Notes under the pieces: model-generated
What the model was told of the DNA's origin: nothing
Seen by the model: the letters and a program-made list of their open reading frames with translations, nothing else
The model's database searches: none
Shown: positions 26,718-40,600 of the stretch, in pieces
How positions within the stretch are numbered: position 1 is the stretch's first letter
How the letters are laid out: each line of letters opens with the position of its first letter
Source: Ostrea edulis
Taxonomy: Eukaryota
NCBI RefSeq assembly: GCF_947568905.1
Contig: NC_079171.1
Coordinates: 47,678,001 to 47,742,000, forward strand
DNA: 64,000 nt
Direction: 5' to 3'
Program-made: the position numbers and the translations under genes

Positions 26718-29700
26718 TTCACGTGCTTCCTACGGGCGGTTCTTCAACCTGCATGTTATATTGGCTTAGCTCTTCCAGCCACCTCGTGATCTGCCCCTTT
26801 GGTACCGAAACTTAACCAGCCAGGCCAGACTATGGTGGTCAATTCGCACAGTGAATTGTCCTAGCAAGCAATGACTACTATCTAGTGAAATGTACCAAGG
26901 CCAGTAATTCTTTGCGCGTTGTGTAATATAGACGGTGTTCGTTAGACAGCACTGCACTAGCATACCCTATCGTACGCTCCCGTCCACCCTGGTCCACCAA
27001 TAGCGAGATATGACGTATCGGTATACAATATAGAATACCCCTCGGGTGTGGGGATGATTAAAACGGGCGGAGATGTCAATAGGGATACCAACTCATCGAA
27101 CGCTTGCTGATCACCCCCCTCCCATGCGAATGCGCTAATGATCTGTTATTGAGCAAAGAGGAACAACCTCCACTGAAGAACTATGGATAAAGTTCCGGTG
27201 ATAGTTGGCAAAACCAATCATCCGACTTAGCATTTCTTGTCACCGGCCAATTCTGTTTGCTGGCGGCGTTCGGTCCCTTGAAGGTGAGGTTCGATCACAA
27301 AAAGCGGTTTTCGTATACTCACGGCCTGGTATGTTCTTAAACTGTGGGGATGGTAAACGGCTACTACTGATGTAGATCATACACCTGACACCGGCTCTCT
27401 CTGGACACAAACACACGCTTACTCAGTTTATACGTTTTAACACTGCGCGCAGCATCCTCGAAAGTAGGAGGGTGATTCTCTATAAGGCGCTGCTGATCAA
27501 GGCTGCCGATGGACTGCCTGCTCTTGGACATGACCCGGGACACTGATCCCAAGGGCTCGCTGAGAACCCCAACCCACCCCACCCCCATTGTTCAAGAGAC
27601 TCAGATGCCTCCTGGGACATGGACTTAAACTCAATCTGAAATGCTGCCTGTCTACATTTCCCCCATACCAAACCCATCTTCGAACCTAGACACCACCTGA
27701 GGAAAAGTAAATTTTCCCTACTAGTAAAGATGTTACGGAACATATGAGCCTGTCCATCAACCGCCAGGATAAGTGCCATAAGACTATCATCATTCCACCC
27801 ATAGTGCCTGGTCAGGGCCCTGTACTTAGTGCAAAATATTCCCCACTCTACACTACCCGTATACTTTAAACTCTTTGCTTCCATGAGAATAATCCTTAGC
27901 CAGCTCAGCTGAGGTCGGAAACCTGGATGATTGGGAAGCATTTATAACTGTTGTGACTGGTGAAACATACTGGTAGCCTGTGGCCCCTAATAAACCCCAT
28001 GTAGCCAGGGGTGACATATACATATCTTCCTGTAGTGTACTTGTAGCATTCCCTCCCACTGGCTAAGGGGTACTGTACACGGGTGGATTAAAAGAGTGAC
28101 TAACCCAAAGTGTTAAGTGTTGATCTTTCCTATCAGGCCAGTATCCCTCCCATCGCCCCACGTCCCTCCCCTGGGTTCATGCTTACGCCTTTCCGCCTAG
28201 CAACCTCACCCCGGGACGCATCTGCCACCTGTCAACTGCGGTCTACCAACCACTCAAGCCATAGCCCTAACCTAGCGACAATTCAACAGCTATGCATACA
28301 AAAAGTCTAATGTAACATAAATTACAAAATTGTATACCTTCCAAATAAATAATTTATTCTAAACTAAATCACGAAGTTAATTCGTCGATTCTTACATAAT
28401 TACTATTCAATTCCACGCTCGTCTAAAAAGACCTCTCAATATCCTACCGGCGACGCCAATAAAGTGATCCCCAAAGTTGAAGACAACAACACTAACACCT
28501 GATCACTTCGTGAAAACGAATATATATTTACTAATCAACACTAAAAGAGACAAACGGCTACAAATATACACAGAAGTGAAAATACAACCTTGCTCATGTG
28601 GTTCCTGGAATCGAGAGATCGTAGATTTCCGCTTCCGGTAAAAAGGAAACAGGTCCCCTGGCAATTTGCCTCATCATAATTTAGATAGCCAGTTTCACTA
28701 GAAATACAACATTACGCACATCACCATATCAACTTTTTGGGAAAAAGGTTATATCTCAAGAACCCCTTGGCAAATTTTTGTCAAATTTGTCACAGGGTAT
28801 CCTTGGCCTAAGGGCTTTTATTTGTACTAAAACTAGGGTTGTGACCCTTGAACAAGGGGAGATAATTAGGAAAATGCAGACAAAAGTAGTGGTTGAATCA
28901 CTGGGCAGATTATCACCAAACTTATGGATAAGGATGAGGATAAGTTGTAGATAAAAAACTGTTCAAGGCATCATCCTGGGGCATAGGGTGTGGTCTCAAA
29001 GTCACTTCAAAGTTGAACTTAAATTGTGTTTTGTTAAAACTTTGATATTTTGCTTAGTATAAGAACTAGGATCATCAAATTTTGTCAGTTGATGCATCTT
29101 AGGACCTAATATCATGTTGTCTCAAAAGTAGGCCATGGTGACCTACTTTTTGAATTCCGCATGTAATTATTATTAAATGGATTTTGATGAATATCTTGGA
29201 CACTTTTGAGTCTATGATCATCAAAAGTTGTCAGTTGATGGATCATTGGACCTTGAAATGCGTGATGTGAAAAGTATGTCACCATGACCTACTTTCTGAA
29301 TTTTATGGCTAATCATTTATGAATACATTTTAGGTTGTTATTTCAGATACCGAGATGTTTAGACTCATCAAACCGTATAAGTTGATGCGTCTAGAGGCCT
29401 CGAAACATTTATAAAAAGTAGGTCACAGTGACCTACTTTTTGAATTTTGCAGACATTCAAATTTCACATTTTCAATTTTAGATGCATTTTTTTGGACACT
29501 ATGAAAGCTAGAATCATCAAACTTTGTCAGTTGATGTATCTTGATTCTTCATAGTTTGGTGAACAAAAAGTAGGTCACCGTGACCTACTTTTGGAATTTG
29601 ACGGCTATATTTTAATATTTCAGATACTATTTGACTTACAATTATCGAACTTTATCAGTTGATGCATGTTGAGTCTTCAGAGTGTATTGACTAAATAGTA

Positions 29701-32700
29701 GGTCACTGTGACGTATTTTTGGATTTTGACCGCTATATTTGAATATTTCAGATTATATTTGACTTACAATCATCAAACTTTGTCAGTTGATGGGTCTTGA
29801 GTCTTCAGAGTGTGTCGACGAAAAAGTAGGTCATTGCGACCTACTTTTGGAATTTGACGTTTATATCTGAATATTTCAGATACTATTTGACTTCATTTAT
29901 CAAACTTTGTCAGTTGATGCATCTTGAGTCTTTGGAGTGTGTCGACCAAAAAGTAGGTCACTGTGGCCTTCTTTTGGAATTTGACGGCTATATTTGAATA
30001 CTATTCGACTTGTCAGTTGGTGCATCTTGAGTTTTCAGTGTGTCGACTAAAAGCAGGTCACCGTGACCTACTTTTAGACAGTTAACCATTTTCCAACAAT
30101 AACATGAAATGTAATTGCATTAAAAATCGGACAAAATACAATGTGACCCCCTTGTTCTAATTGTATGCATAGTAAATTCGGTATTTAGCACCCCAACTGT
30201 CTCTATGTCCCTTGAAAAAATTCATGTAGAAGAGAAATATGTACTACCCAGATATGCACGTAGGTTAAGTAACTTCATTTTGTAATTATTTTGATTGCCT
30301 AACCTAATAGTGTACTGTATAATATCCCCTTCATACACTATCATGTGATAGGTCTTTAAAACCTTGTTAATTCATGAATCTTGGTTAGTGAGAATTTTTG
30401 CCTGTTCTACAATGTATCAAAAGAGCGATTCTAGGCCCATGGGCCTCTTCTATTATAAAGCTAAATTATTTAGTTGTTAAGTTATATCCCTTTTCACTCA
30501 GACTACTCCAAAACAGACGATGATTAATCAATATTGGCATCTAAGGTGAAGGTGCAATAAGAGCATGCATTTCTTAACTGTTCAATATTTAACTCGTCAT
30601 TAATGCATGAAGCAAACTGATTTTGTAAATGGGGAAATCATAATTTATGTACAGTAAAACATTTTGCTTAAGTAAATATCAAATACCGGCTCTGTCAGAT
30701 TCGGAGGACCCTCGTCTGCCATTTTGGCTTGTTTACGTCGTTACGGTAACGTCAATATTGAACACTCCTACTCGGAATGTTTCGGGCACATACAATTTAC
30801 GCAATGCAAAGTTAGCGTTCAATAAATTATCAGGATATTGAACGCTAACATTCTCTAGTATTTACGCAGATTTTATATTAGGCTATTTATCAGCTATATG
30901 ATAAAACTTAATATCCCCCTCTAAAACATCATATATCCCCATCGTATTTACCACGTTGGCAGCCTCGTGCATTTTTCATAAATTTAAAGTCAAAGTAGAC
31001 GACGTGTATTGTGACGTCACAATAAGTCCGAGTCAATGTACTTTCATAATTCGTAAGGCACAAAATATAGGGGCTACTAAGTTAAATCGACTGGTTTTGG
31101 TCGATACAAAAACAAGCAAGAAAATCAGCATTCATGGAGAATGGAAATTCAAAAACTGTTAACATATGAGAGGGCTCCAATTTCAAACGCATTTTTGTAG
31201 TCTTGCTTTGTTTCGGTATAATAAACAATTCATTGCATGAATGTTCTGGAGATATAAAGATTTATTCACCCAAGAAAAATCATATTCCCCTTGGTCGTTG
31301 GCCTCGGGAATATGATTTTTCTTGGGTGAATAAATATCACACGTTGTCAAGTACTGTTACCCGTTGATAAATACTATCACCACGGAGCACGTGCTTTCTG
31401 TTCTCAGGGGGTAACATTATGGTGGGCTTTTTTTCCAATCAGATTGGAGTATTTTACATGAAAGTATAATAAATTGATTGACTGTCCCCCTTGTTTAAAG
31501 TTTTGAGTATTGATTCCAAGTACGAAATGATTACACCCCCGATTGAAATAGTAAAAAAAAACTATAAAAGTCGAGAAAATTTTTTTTAGTTAATAATCGT
31601 CAAGAATTTTGAAATACGGCGGCTTCATTTAAAGTGTTGCTGCGTCCCAACATAGTGAGAAAAAACCTGCAACTATATAATGGATACTTTTTTATAGCAG
31701 TGAGTGGGACGATTATAAGGTAGAAGTTATGATTATTGGTCTTATTAAGCCCCACCCCCTCTCTATCCCTCTTAAACATACACCATACGATTTAAGAAGT
31801 CGATAGATTTTAAGATTTCAAATTTTAAAATCCGGTAGTCCCCCCCCCCCCCCCGAAAAAAATAATCTGTTTCCTTCGACACGTTGTAGGTTAATGCATC
31901 AATGTAATTAAAAGCAGATCTTCTATACCTTCTTCTGTAACGGTTAGAGGAGAACTAGTTTTAATTAGATTGGCTGATGCATGTTACACTCTACATGACG
32001 TACAGACCTCTAATGCTTTAAAAAGAAAATTATGATCTACAATGGAACACAAAATGTTTGATAACGAAAAATGTCATTCTATGATAAGATAAATATTTAT
32101 CAAAACATCCAAACCTTTCTGTGACCGGGATTTACGTCCGAGACCATCAATGCCTCTGTAATATTAATGTTTGCTGACGGAATTTCTCTTACACTTGACA
32201 CAGCGACATTTACACTGCGGGATCTACGTCCGAGACCATCAATGCCTCTGTAATATTAATGTTTGCTGACGGAATATCTCTTACACTTGACACAGCGGCA
32301 GGTTCAAACATGTATGGCTGAATCTTAAACACTAACGGGATGTCCCCGATGTCAGAACATTGAATATCCATTATGTATAATTTATGATTTTCAATATAAT
32401 CTATTCACACATACATACCCGATCATATGTAGCTGCTGCAGCAATTGAAACATATAACGTCATGACGTATCACTTGATTAGATAGCTCAATAGTGACAAT
32501 TTGTGAATATGTGCAGATAAAATGCATGTTTGTATCAATTATTGGGAGTAATGAAACAATATATCAGCAGAAACGTGCTTTATTAAGGTTACTTCTGATT
32601 TTATTACATTGAAAATCATGGTAAAACCCCTTTAATGTCAAATGTCTAAATAATGCATATACTCTTTTTAGGTACCTGATCCCATCTCTGGTGTGTCCAG

Positions 32701-34128
32701 GGAACCGTGTTTGCCCAGTTCTCTATTTTGTATTGCTTATAGGAGTTATGAGATTGATCACTGTTCGTTATATTCTCCCTCCATACATGTACCTTAGGGT
32801 GTTTAATATTACGAAGTGCAGATTGTTTGACCTTTTCAGTATGTGATGCACAAACATACGGACTGGAGTGTTCTTCATCATGTGGTAACTGTAGTGATGG
32901 AGAAACATGTCACCATGTCAACGGCAAGTGCCCACAGGGATGTGATGCGGGAGTGCACGGGGAGAAATGCAAGAATCGTGAGTTCATTGTTTATGTGTTT
33001 GTTGATTACGAAGCGTCCGGACGTGCTGACTCAGTGATCTGAGGTATGTGACCCTCTCGTATCCCAAAAGTTTCAAACCTATTCCGTGAAAAAAAATGTG
33101 GATTTCACTTTCCTCAAACGCTCGGCATTTAATCGAAATTAGAAGCACTTATAAAGCTAGTGACGTCTCCATATAGCTAAAGAATTCTGAATGTAGACAT
33201 AAAACATCATATAAACAAGATATCTGCTCACATCAATATTTTGTGATGAAATCCTTTACTTGTTCAATGTTTTAAGTCATTGTTGTGACGTCATCCCTCT
33301 AACATCTCCGTTAGAAAAATGTCCAATTAGTTCGAATCTGTTTATTTTTAAGCAAAAACTACCCTTTTATAAAAACTTATTGGGCACTTTTATAGAATGG
33401 ACAAGTACCTTTAAGAAAGGGGTGAATGTGATAAAGACCAAAGTTTTTTTCCCCGAAGAATAGACAGACACGGTAAACATTCCAAATTCATACTTTTTCT
33501 CCATCTTTAAGTAAAAACTAAATAATTCTCTTAGTGTAAATCTAAGATTCACGTACTTAGCAATTTTACCAGAGTTTGTTCTGCATGTTCTTCGTCCACA
33601 TTCAAACCACCCGATATGATTGTATGAACACATAAAAACCAATTAAAATTTATAATTAACAACAATACCAAACTTTGTGACACATGTTCTTCACCCATAT
33701 TTAAGCATGCAATATAACCATGAACCCACAACTTTATTTTCCAGACTTAATAACTAAAACAAAAACAAAGGCGATACGCACTTTCACGATTTTTGAAATT
33801 GTCGTTAGCACCACCCTTCTTAAGGCTTATACTCTTTATTACACAACGTAACAAGATGACGATTGAAATCTTTTGTGAAAATGTTTGTATCGATTAATTT
33901 GTTTCTCCCATAGGCGACTTGGTATTGCTCCTCCTGAACACCTGATACCGCCTGTGATATATCCAGGGGTCCGTGTTTGCCCAACACTCTATTTTGTATT
34001 GATTATGGGAGTTATGAGATCGGTCACTGTTCGTTATCTTCCCCTTTGTAAACAATGGAGGAAATTCGAACCAATATTGGATATTTCTCTTTGATCTACG
34101 GTGTATCTTTTTACATTTCCCGCACTGA

Positions 34129-34179
<51 letters not shown>

Positions 34180-34281
34180 CACAAAAACCCAACAACACCC
34201 TACTTTCTTAAAGTGTCGGATCTGAGAAGATACAAGGCCAGTAAAGAAATTTATAAAAGCACTGAAAAGGCCACGACACTG

Positions 34282-34312
<31 letters not shown>

Positions 34313-34638
34313 TGTTTGAAAAGAATACATAAATGATCTACGAGTTTGTTTCCGCCGTATATGATGTGTTCATTTGTAAGAAAGTCTGGACCCGCTGATT
34401 TCCCCTTTGATATTGCCGTAATATGTTGCCGTATTTCCTCAGATATTGGATCTTGTACAATAGTAGATTGGGAGAAGCTTCTGGACTCACTATCTAGATG
34501 ATATACATATTCATCAATACTATATATAGTACTATTGTGTATGTAGTCTTGCGTTACGTTGCTATGAGAGATGAACACGGTCGAAATTTCTACAAAGTGT
34601 TTAGATTTTTTTTTTATATCTAACATCGAAAAAAGAGA

Positions 34639-34686
<48 letters not shown>

Positions 34687-37600
34687 TGAATCAATGGGAA
34701 AAGCAATTTTTGAAAACGTGGATAAATTGGTGTTCTGTGGTAATGACACAAAGTTGAAATATGTATATAAAAAAAGACACCATAGATTAGAGAGAAATAT
34801 TTGGTGCAATATCTTTGACTCTGGCGTCTATGGTTTGTCTATCATCTTAGGCTCATAGCTCAGTGGTTAAATCATCGGACGGATGAACCACATACCCCGA
34901 GTTCGAATCCTCCAGAGGTTATATTTACTGAAATAAATTTTGAAAATGAAGTCTATTTTTTAATCCAAAATATATTTTCTGCCTTTTTGACGTATACTTC
35001 GTGGTCTTCGTTGATCAGGTCTTCCAACAGTCTGTTGGAATTCCCATGGGCACGAATTGTGCTCCTTTGTTAGCTGACTTGTTTCTATATTCATATGAAG
35101 CAAAATTTATTCAAAAACTTCTACGTGAGAAGAAGAAAAAAACGCTTGCTGTGGCCTTCAATTCGACATTTAGATATATCGACGACGTTTTGTCTATTAA
35201 CAATAATAGCTTTCATCCATATGTTGATTCGATATATCTCTGTGAACTCGAAATAAAAGACACTACAGAGTCGTCCACTTCTGCTTCATACTTATATATT
35301 TTATTGAAAGTATATATTAGCGGCAAACTGACAACTCAACTGTATGTCAAACGATGATTTCAGCTTCTCCATCGTCAACTTCCCATATTTATGTAGCAAT
35401 ATTTCATTATCACCTGCATATGGTGTTTATATATCTCAACTGATTCGATATGCAAGAGCCTGTTCTGCGTATAGTCAGTTTTGAAATCGAGGCAAGCTAC
35501 TGCCAAACAAGTTAATGGTTTTAACAGTCTCGATTGAGGTCAGCATTTCGCAAATTCTATGGTTGTTATAACAATCTAGTTTGCCAATACAACCCATCAT
35601 TGGGTCAAATGCTCTCTGACGTCTTTCATACCGATTGTTAAGCCGTTCTTGGCACGCTGATTTTGACTACGGATAACTCCGTTTACCTGGTAAGGATATA
35701 GGGCTCACGACGAGTATGACCGGTCGACAGGGGATGCTTACTCCTCTTAGACACCTGATCCCACCTCTGATGTGTTCAGGGGTCTGTGTTTGCCCAGCTA
35801 TCTATTTTGTATTGCTTGTAGGAGTTATGAGATTGATCACTGTTCGTTATCCTCACCTTTCATACATGCATACTCATTATATATCATATCTTTCATGGTT
35901 AAATAATTTTATGCTTATTTGAGAAAATATTTCTAGGTGTAGTGAGTCACATTATGTAACATAATGGACAGTCTTACGGTCTTCTCATAGTTATTGTGTA
36001 CATAAATCACCAGATACCTTGTATCAACATGTGACTGTCCTCATATTTAGGGCTTAAATATATATTTATCTTTTTTTTAAAAACTATGAAATCTCAAACG
36101 TTTTTCTAATATATGGGATTTTATAACATTGTGAACACGGTGTAATTTTATTTTCACCATGTACCAGAGCCAAATGCAAGGTGAAGATAACGAACAGTTT
36201 ATTTATTTCAACTACACCTGTCTTTCACTGAGTAGTCTTTGCGGTTAACGTTGATAAAATTCCACTGTATTAAGTATTTTGGTTTTCTTGTGTAGATAAT
36301 ATGGATAATTTCAATACTACATTGCTTTTCATAGGGTCATATTGTTTACAATTTGAAGCAAACAACATACATTACTTCAAGGCCTGTCAGATATGCTTCA
36401 TTGCCATTCCTACAATTAATAGTTTATGGTTTGTTGGATAACATCGTATTTTGATAACATTTACATGCGTTTTCCAATCATAGCTTGTCAAACTGGATCT
36501 TATGGGAAGAACTGCGGTCAGAATTGCAGTGAGAACTGTAACGTGACAAACCACTGTAACAGATTTACAGGGGAGTGTGACGGAGGCTGTAAACCTGGAT
36601 GGAAGATGCCAACATGTCAGCAAGGTAACTGTATGTGTAATCCGATCATGCATATTGCGTGGGACTTTAAGTGTATCATTACACATACTACAATTTGTAA
36701 AGTGATCTAAGTACTTACTAATTTGTTAGATATATATAAAAAACAAACTGATTTCAGAATGTGGCGGTGGGATGTACGGCACAGCCTGCAGACAGAGATG
36801 TGGTCAATGTCTAGACAACGAACAGTGTCACCATATTAACGGCATGTGTTTGAATGGTTGTTCTTCAGGATATCAGGGAGGGAACTGTGAAGAGAGTGAG
36901 TGAAGTAAAATGGTTTATATTGTAGTTTTAATATATCAGGAAGTATAGCACTGTTCACTTTTATTCAAGCTTGTGATGAGAAGTTCTGGGGAGTCGGCTG
37001 TAGAAAAAATTGTAGCTCAAATTGTGTAAATGAGACCTGTCAACATGACACTGGTGTGTGTCATCAGAATAAAGTAAGTCAAATAAGAACTATACAGTCA
37101 AACTATCGTTACTTTGTGATTGTTTTCATTTCAATAATAAAAATGGTTTCAAATGCCACATGACTGATAGAGAATGGACTAAATCCAGCTTTGCAAGTTG
37201 CATGATTGAGACGGCGTCAGACCGAAATTAAGTTCTGAGTTTTTATTTGTTTTATCCCCAACACATAATTAATACGTCAGCGTCATTGTAATGATGATTC
37301 TCTGATAGTTTACAGCTCTCCCTCCAGACAAGGGATCGTCAGCGGTACCAGTCGTCGCTGGAATCATCGCCGCTGTCTTTGTCATCATCATCATCTTAGT
37401 GATGTTTTTCTTTAGAAGGTTTGTAAATATAAATCATATGGGTATTTTTAGCTCACCTGAGCTGAAAGCTCAACTGAGCTTTTCTGATCACCCGTATTCT
37501 GGCGTCCGTCCGTCCTTCTGTAAACTTTTCACATTTTCAACTTCTTCTCAACAACCACTGGGCTAATTTCAACCAAAGTTGGCACAAAACATCCATAGGT

Positions 37601-40600
37601 AAAGGGAATTCTAAATTGTTTAAATAAAGGGCCATGCCACCTTCCAATGGGAGATAATCAAGAAAAGGTAAAAATAGGGTTGGGTCATTAAAAAATCTTC
37701 TTCCCAAGAACCACTGGGCCAGAAAAGATGAAATTTATAGATAAGCTTTATTAGGTAGTGCAGATTCAAAATTGTTAAAATCATGACCCCCGGGGGTCGG
37801 ATGGGGCTACAATAGGGGATCAAAGTTTTACATACAAATATATAGGAAAAATCTTTAAAAATCTTCTTAAGAACCACTGAGCCAGAAGAGCTGAGATTTA
37901 TATGAAAGCTTCCTGATATAGTGCAGATTCTAAATTGTGAAGATCATGGCCCCCGGGGGTCAGATGGGGCCACAATAGGGGATCAAAGTTTTACATACAA
38001 ATAGATAGGGGAAATCTTTAAAAATCTTCTTCTCAAGAACCACTAAACCAGAAAAGTTGAAAATTATATGAAAGCTTCCTTATATAATGCAGATTCTAAA
38101 TTGTCAAAATCATGGTCCCCGGGGGTAGGATGGGGCCACAATAGGGGATCAAAGTTTTACATACAAATATATAGGAAAAATCTTTAAAAATCTTCATCTC
38201 AAGAACCACTGAGCCAGAAAAGCTGAGATTTATATGAAAACTTTCAGATATAGTGCAGATTCTAAATTGTTAAGATCATGGCCCCCGGGGGTCGGATGGG
38301 GCCACAATAGGGGGTCAAAGTTTTACATACAAATATATAGGAAAAGTCTTTTAAAATCTTCTTCCCAGAACCACTAAGACAGAAAAGCTGATATTTATAT
38401 GAAAGCTTTCTGATATAGTGCAGATTCAGGTTTGTTAAAATCATGGCTCCCAGGGTAGGATGATGCCACAATAGGGGATCAAAGTTTTACATACAAATAT
38501 ATAGGGAAAATCTTTAAAAATTTTCTTCTCAAGAACCATGGGGCCAAAGAAGTTCACATTTACATGAAAGCTTTCTGACATAGCGTAGATTCAAGTTTGC
38601 AAAAACCATGGCCTCCAGGGGTAGGTTTGGGGCCAATATAGGGACTACGGTTTTACATGCAAATAGATATGGAAAATATTCTGATATGGACCAAGGTGAC
38701 TCAGGTGAACGATGTGGCCCATGGGCCTTTTGTTTTTCTTTCATGACAATCAGAAATAATATGAAATTATAGGAGTAGTTTAAGTATAAATAAAATAACA
38801 ACGTAAAAGTGAGAATGCCAGTGGTTATATCATACTTAATTGTTTACCCTTGATTTGGATTTATCTTTGTATCGCGATTTGTTGATATTTTCTATAATGA
38901 GTATTCGTAAAAAATATCGTCTTGACAAGTTAAAAACATCTATTCATATCTACACTAATCAGAGTTTTTTCTTCTTTTATCAACTATTTTGTATAGTATT
39001 GATTTGATATGTCAATGGCGCGTAAGTCAGTTGCCAGTACATGGCACAAAACTACGATCCGGGTGGGCAACATTGCAGAATCACTATAAATATTTGGTTT
39101 CAATATTCTTTGAAAAGTAAAGAAAATTAGAGGATAACTTTATATTGTCTTTAATATTTCAAAGCGTTATCACACGAAATTAAAAGGAACTATACTTTGG
39201 ACTTTTCCACCAATCAATTCACGTGAAAAACTGATTTTACAGTTTCATTTAGATATTTAACGATGTGAATATAAAGTATGAATTGTGCTTTTGCTATCAT
39301 GCTTCTAAGAATATCTACCCTAAGAATGCTTATGATTTAATCCCCCTCTTCCTGTGCGGAATGAACCGAAGTATAAATATACTGTGTGACGATTATCAAC
39401 TAACAAAGGGGAATGCAAAGATGCATATAGAGTGTTCATTGTGTACATAATGAGTCCTATTTTTTGTATAGAGTCAAATGCTTATGAGAGTAAAGTTTCT
39501 GCCGGTAGAAACCATGATAATTACTGTTGCTTGTGTTGCTATATATATCATTATCTGTCAGCCTATACAGTGAATATTTTCCATTTAGATATCAATGTTT
39601 AACACGTTGATTATTGTTGCCTGTGAACTTCTAGTTATTACACACATCAACTATCTGCCAGCGTATAATGCACTTACAATACATATTTTAATCAGTAAAT
39701 ATTTTCCATTTCAATCTTTGCTTTGAATACATTGAATTTTATCTGCTGCAGAGCAAGATCACAGGGCAAAGATAAAGCAGAGTCCCCGCAGAGTGAGGAT
39801 AGAAGAGTACTGCAAACAAATGTAAAATGTATGAATCTCATTTACTAGATTTAACAGAGTCAATGCCACCAATAATTTGTGTTTAGTTCTAGGGAAAATA
39901 TATGATTCTAAAAGGTATGGAGGCCTGCCTCATAAAAACAACTTACATTGTAATATCATTAATATGAACACTAGTTTGTATAGCGTTACGGTCAATATCA
40001 TGAGCTCATACATCGGAATTAGTGCAAATTATTATTGACCTTTTTGTTGCTGATTTTAGATATGGATTCTAAAATCCAAGCAAAATGTCAACTGTAAATA
40101 TTCCACCAAAGGTCATTTTACAAACTGTTCGTGTTGGAATAACCAATAATTAAAGCTAATCTAGATTTGCAATAAATTATTTTCGGTTTGGTATATAATA
40201 TAGTACAGTCATTAGCACGACGGACTGATACGGGTCATTGCAATGTCACATAGTCGGACGTGTTTCATACCAATTGTGAGACATTCTTTACATACTGATT
40301 TTCACTATGCATTACTCCGTTTACCTGGTCAAGATACAGGGTTCACTGCGGATGTGACCGGTCTACAGGGGATGCTTATTCCTCGTAGGCACCTAATCTC
40401 ACCTCCGATATATCAAGGGTACGTGTTTGCCCAACTCTGAATTTTGCATTTCTAACAGGGTTATGTGGTTTCTCACTGTTAGTTGTCTTCACCTTTTCAT
40501 ATGTTTCACATCAGACAAAATATGCATTTATTACTATAGTAGCGGAACGTTTTGCAAAATTGTTATGATATTGATATTTATGCACACTGTATTTACAGCA

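Noticed and set aside
29050-30080. CRISPR-like look (palindromic repeat plus spacers)
   Set aside because: The spacers are homologous to each other, no cas genes are present, and the context is eukaryotic intron.
35340-35360. In-frame TGA in the PLE RT as possible selenocysteine (some Naiads encode Sec)
   Set aside because: Comparison with the 19.8 kb and 61.7 kb copies shows a small deletion causing a frameshift, not a Cys-aligned TGA.
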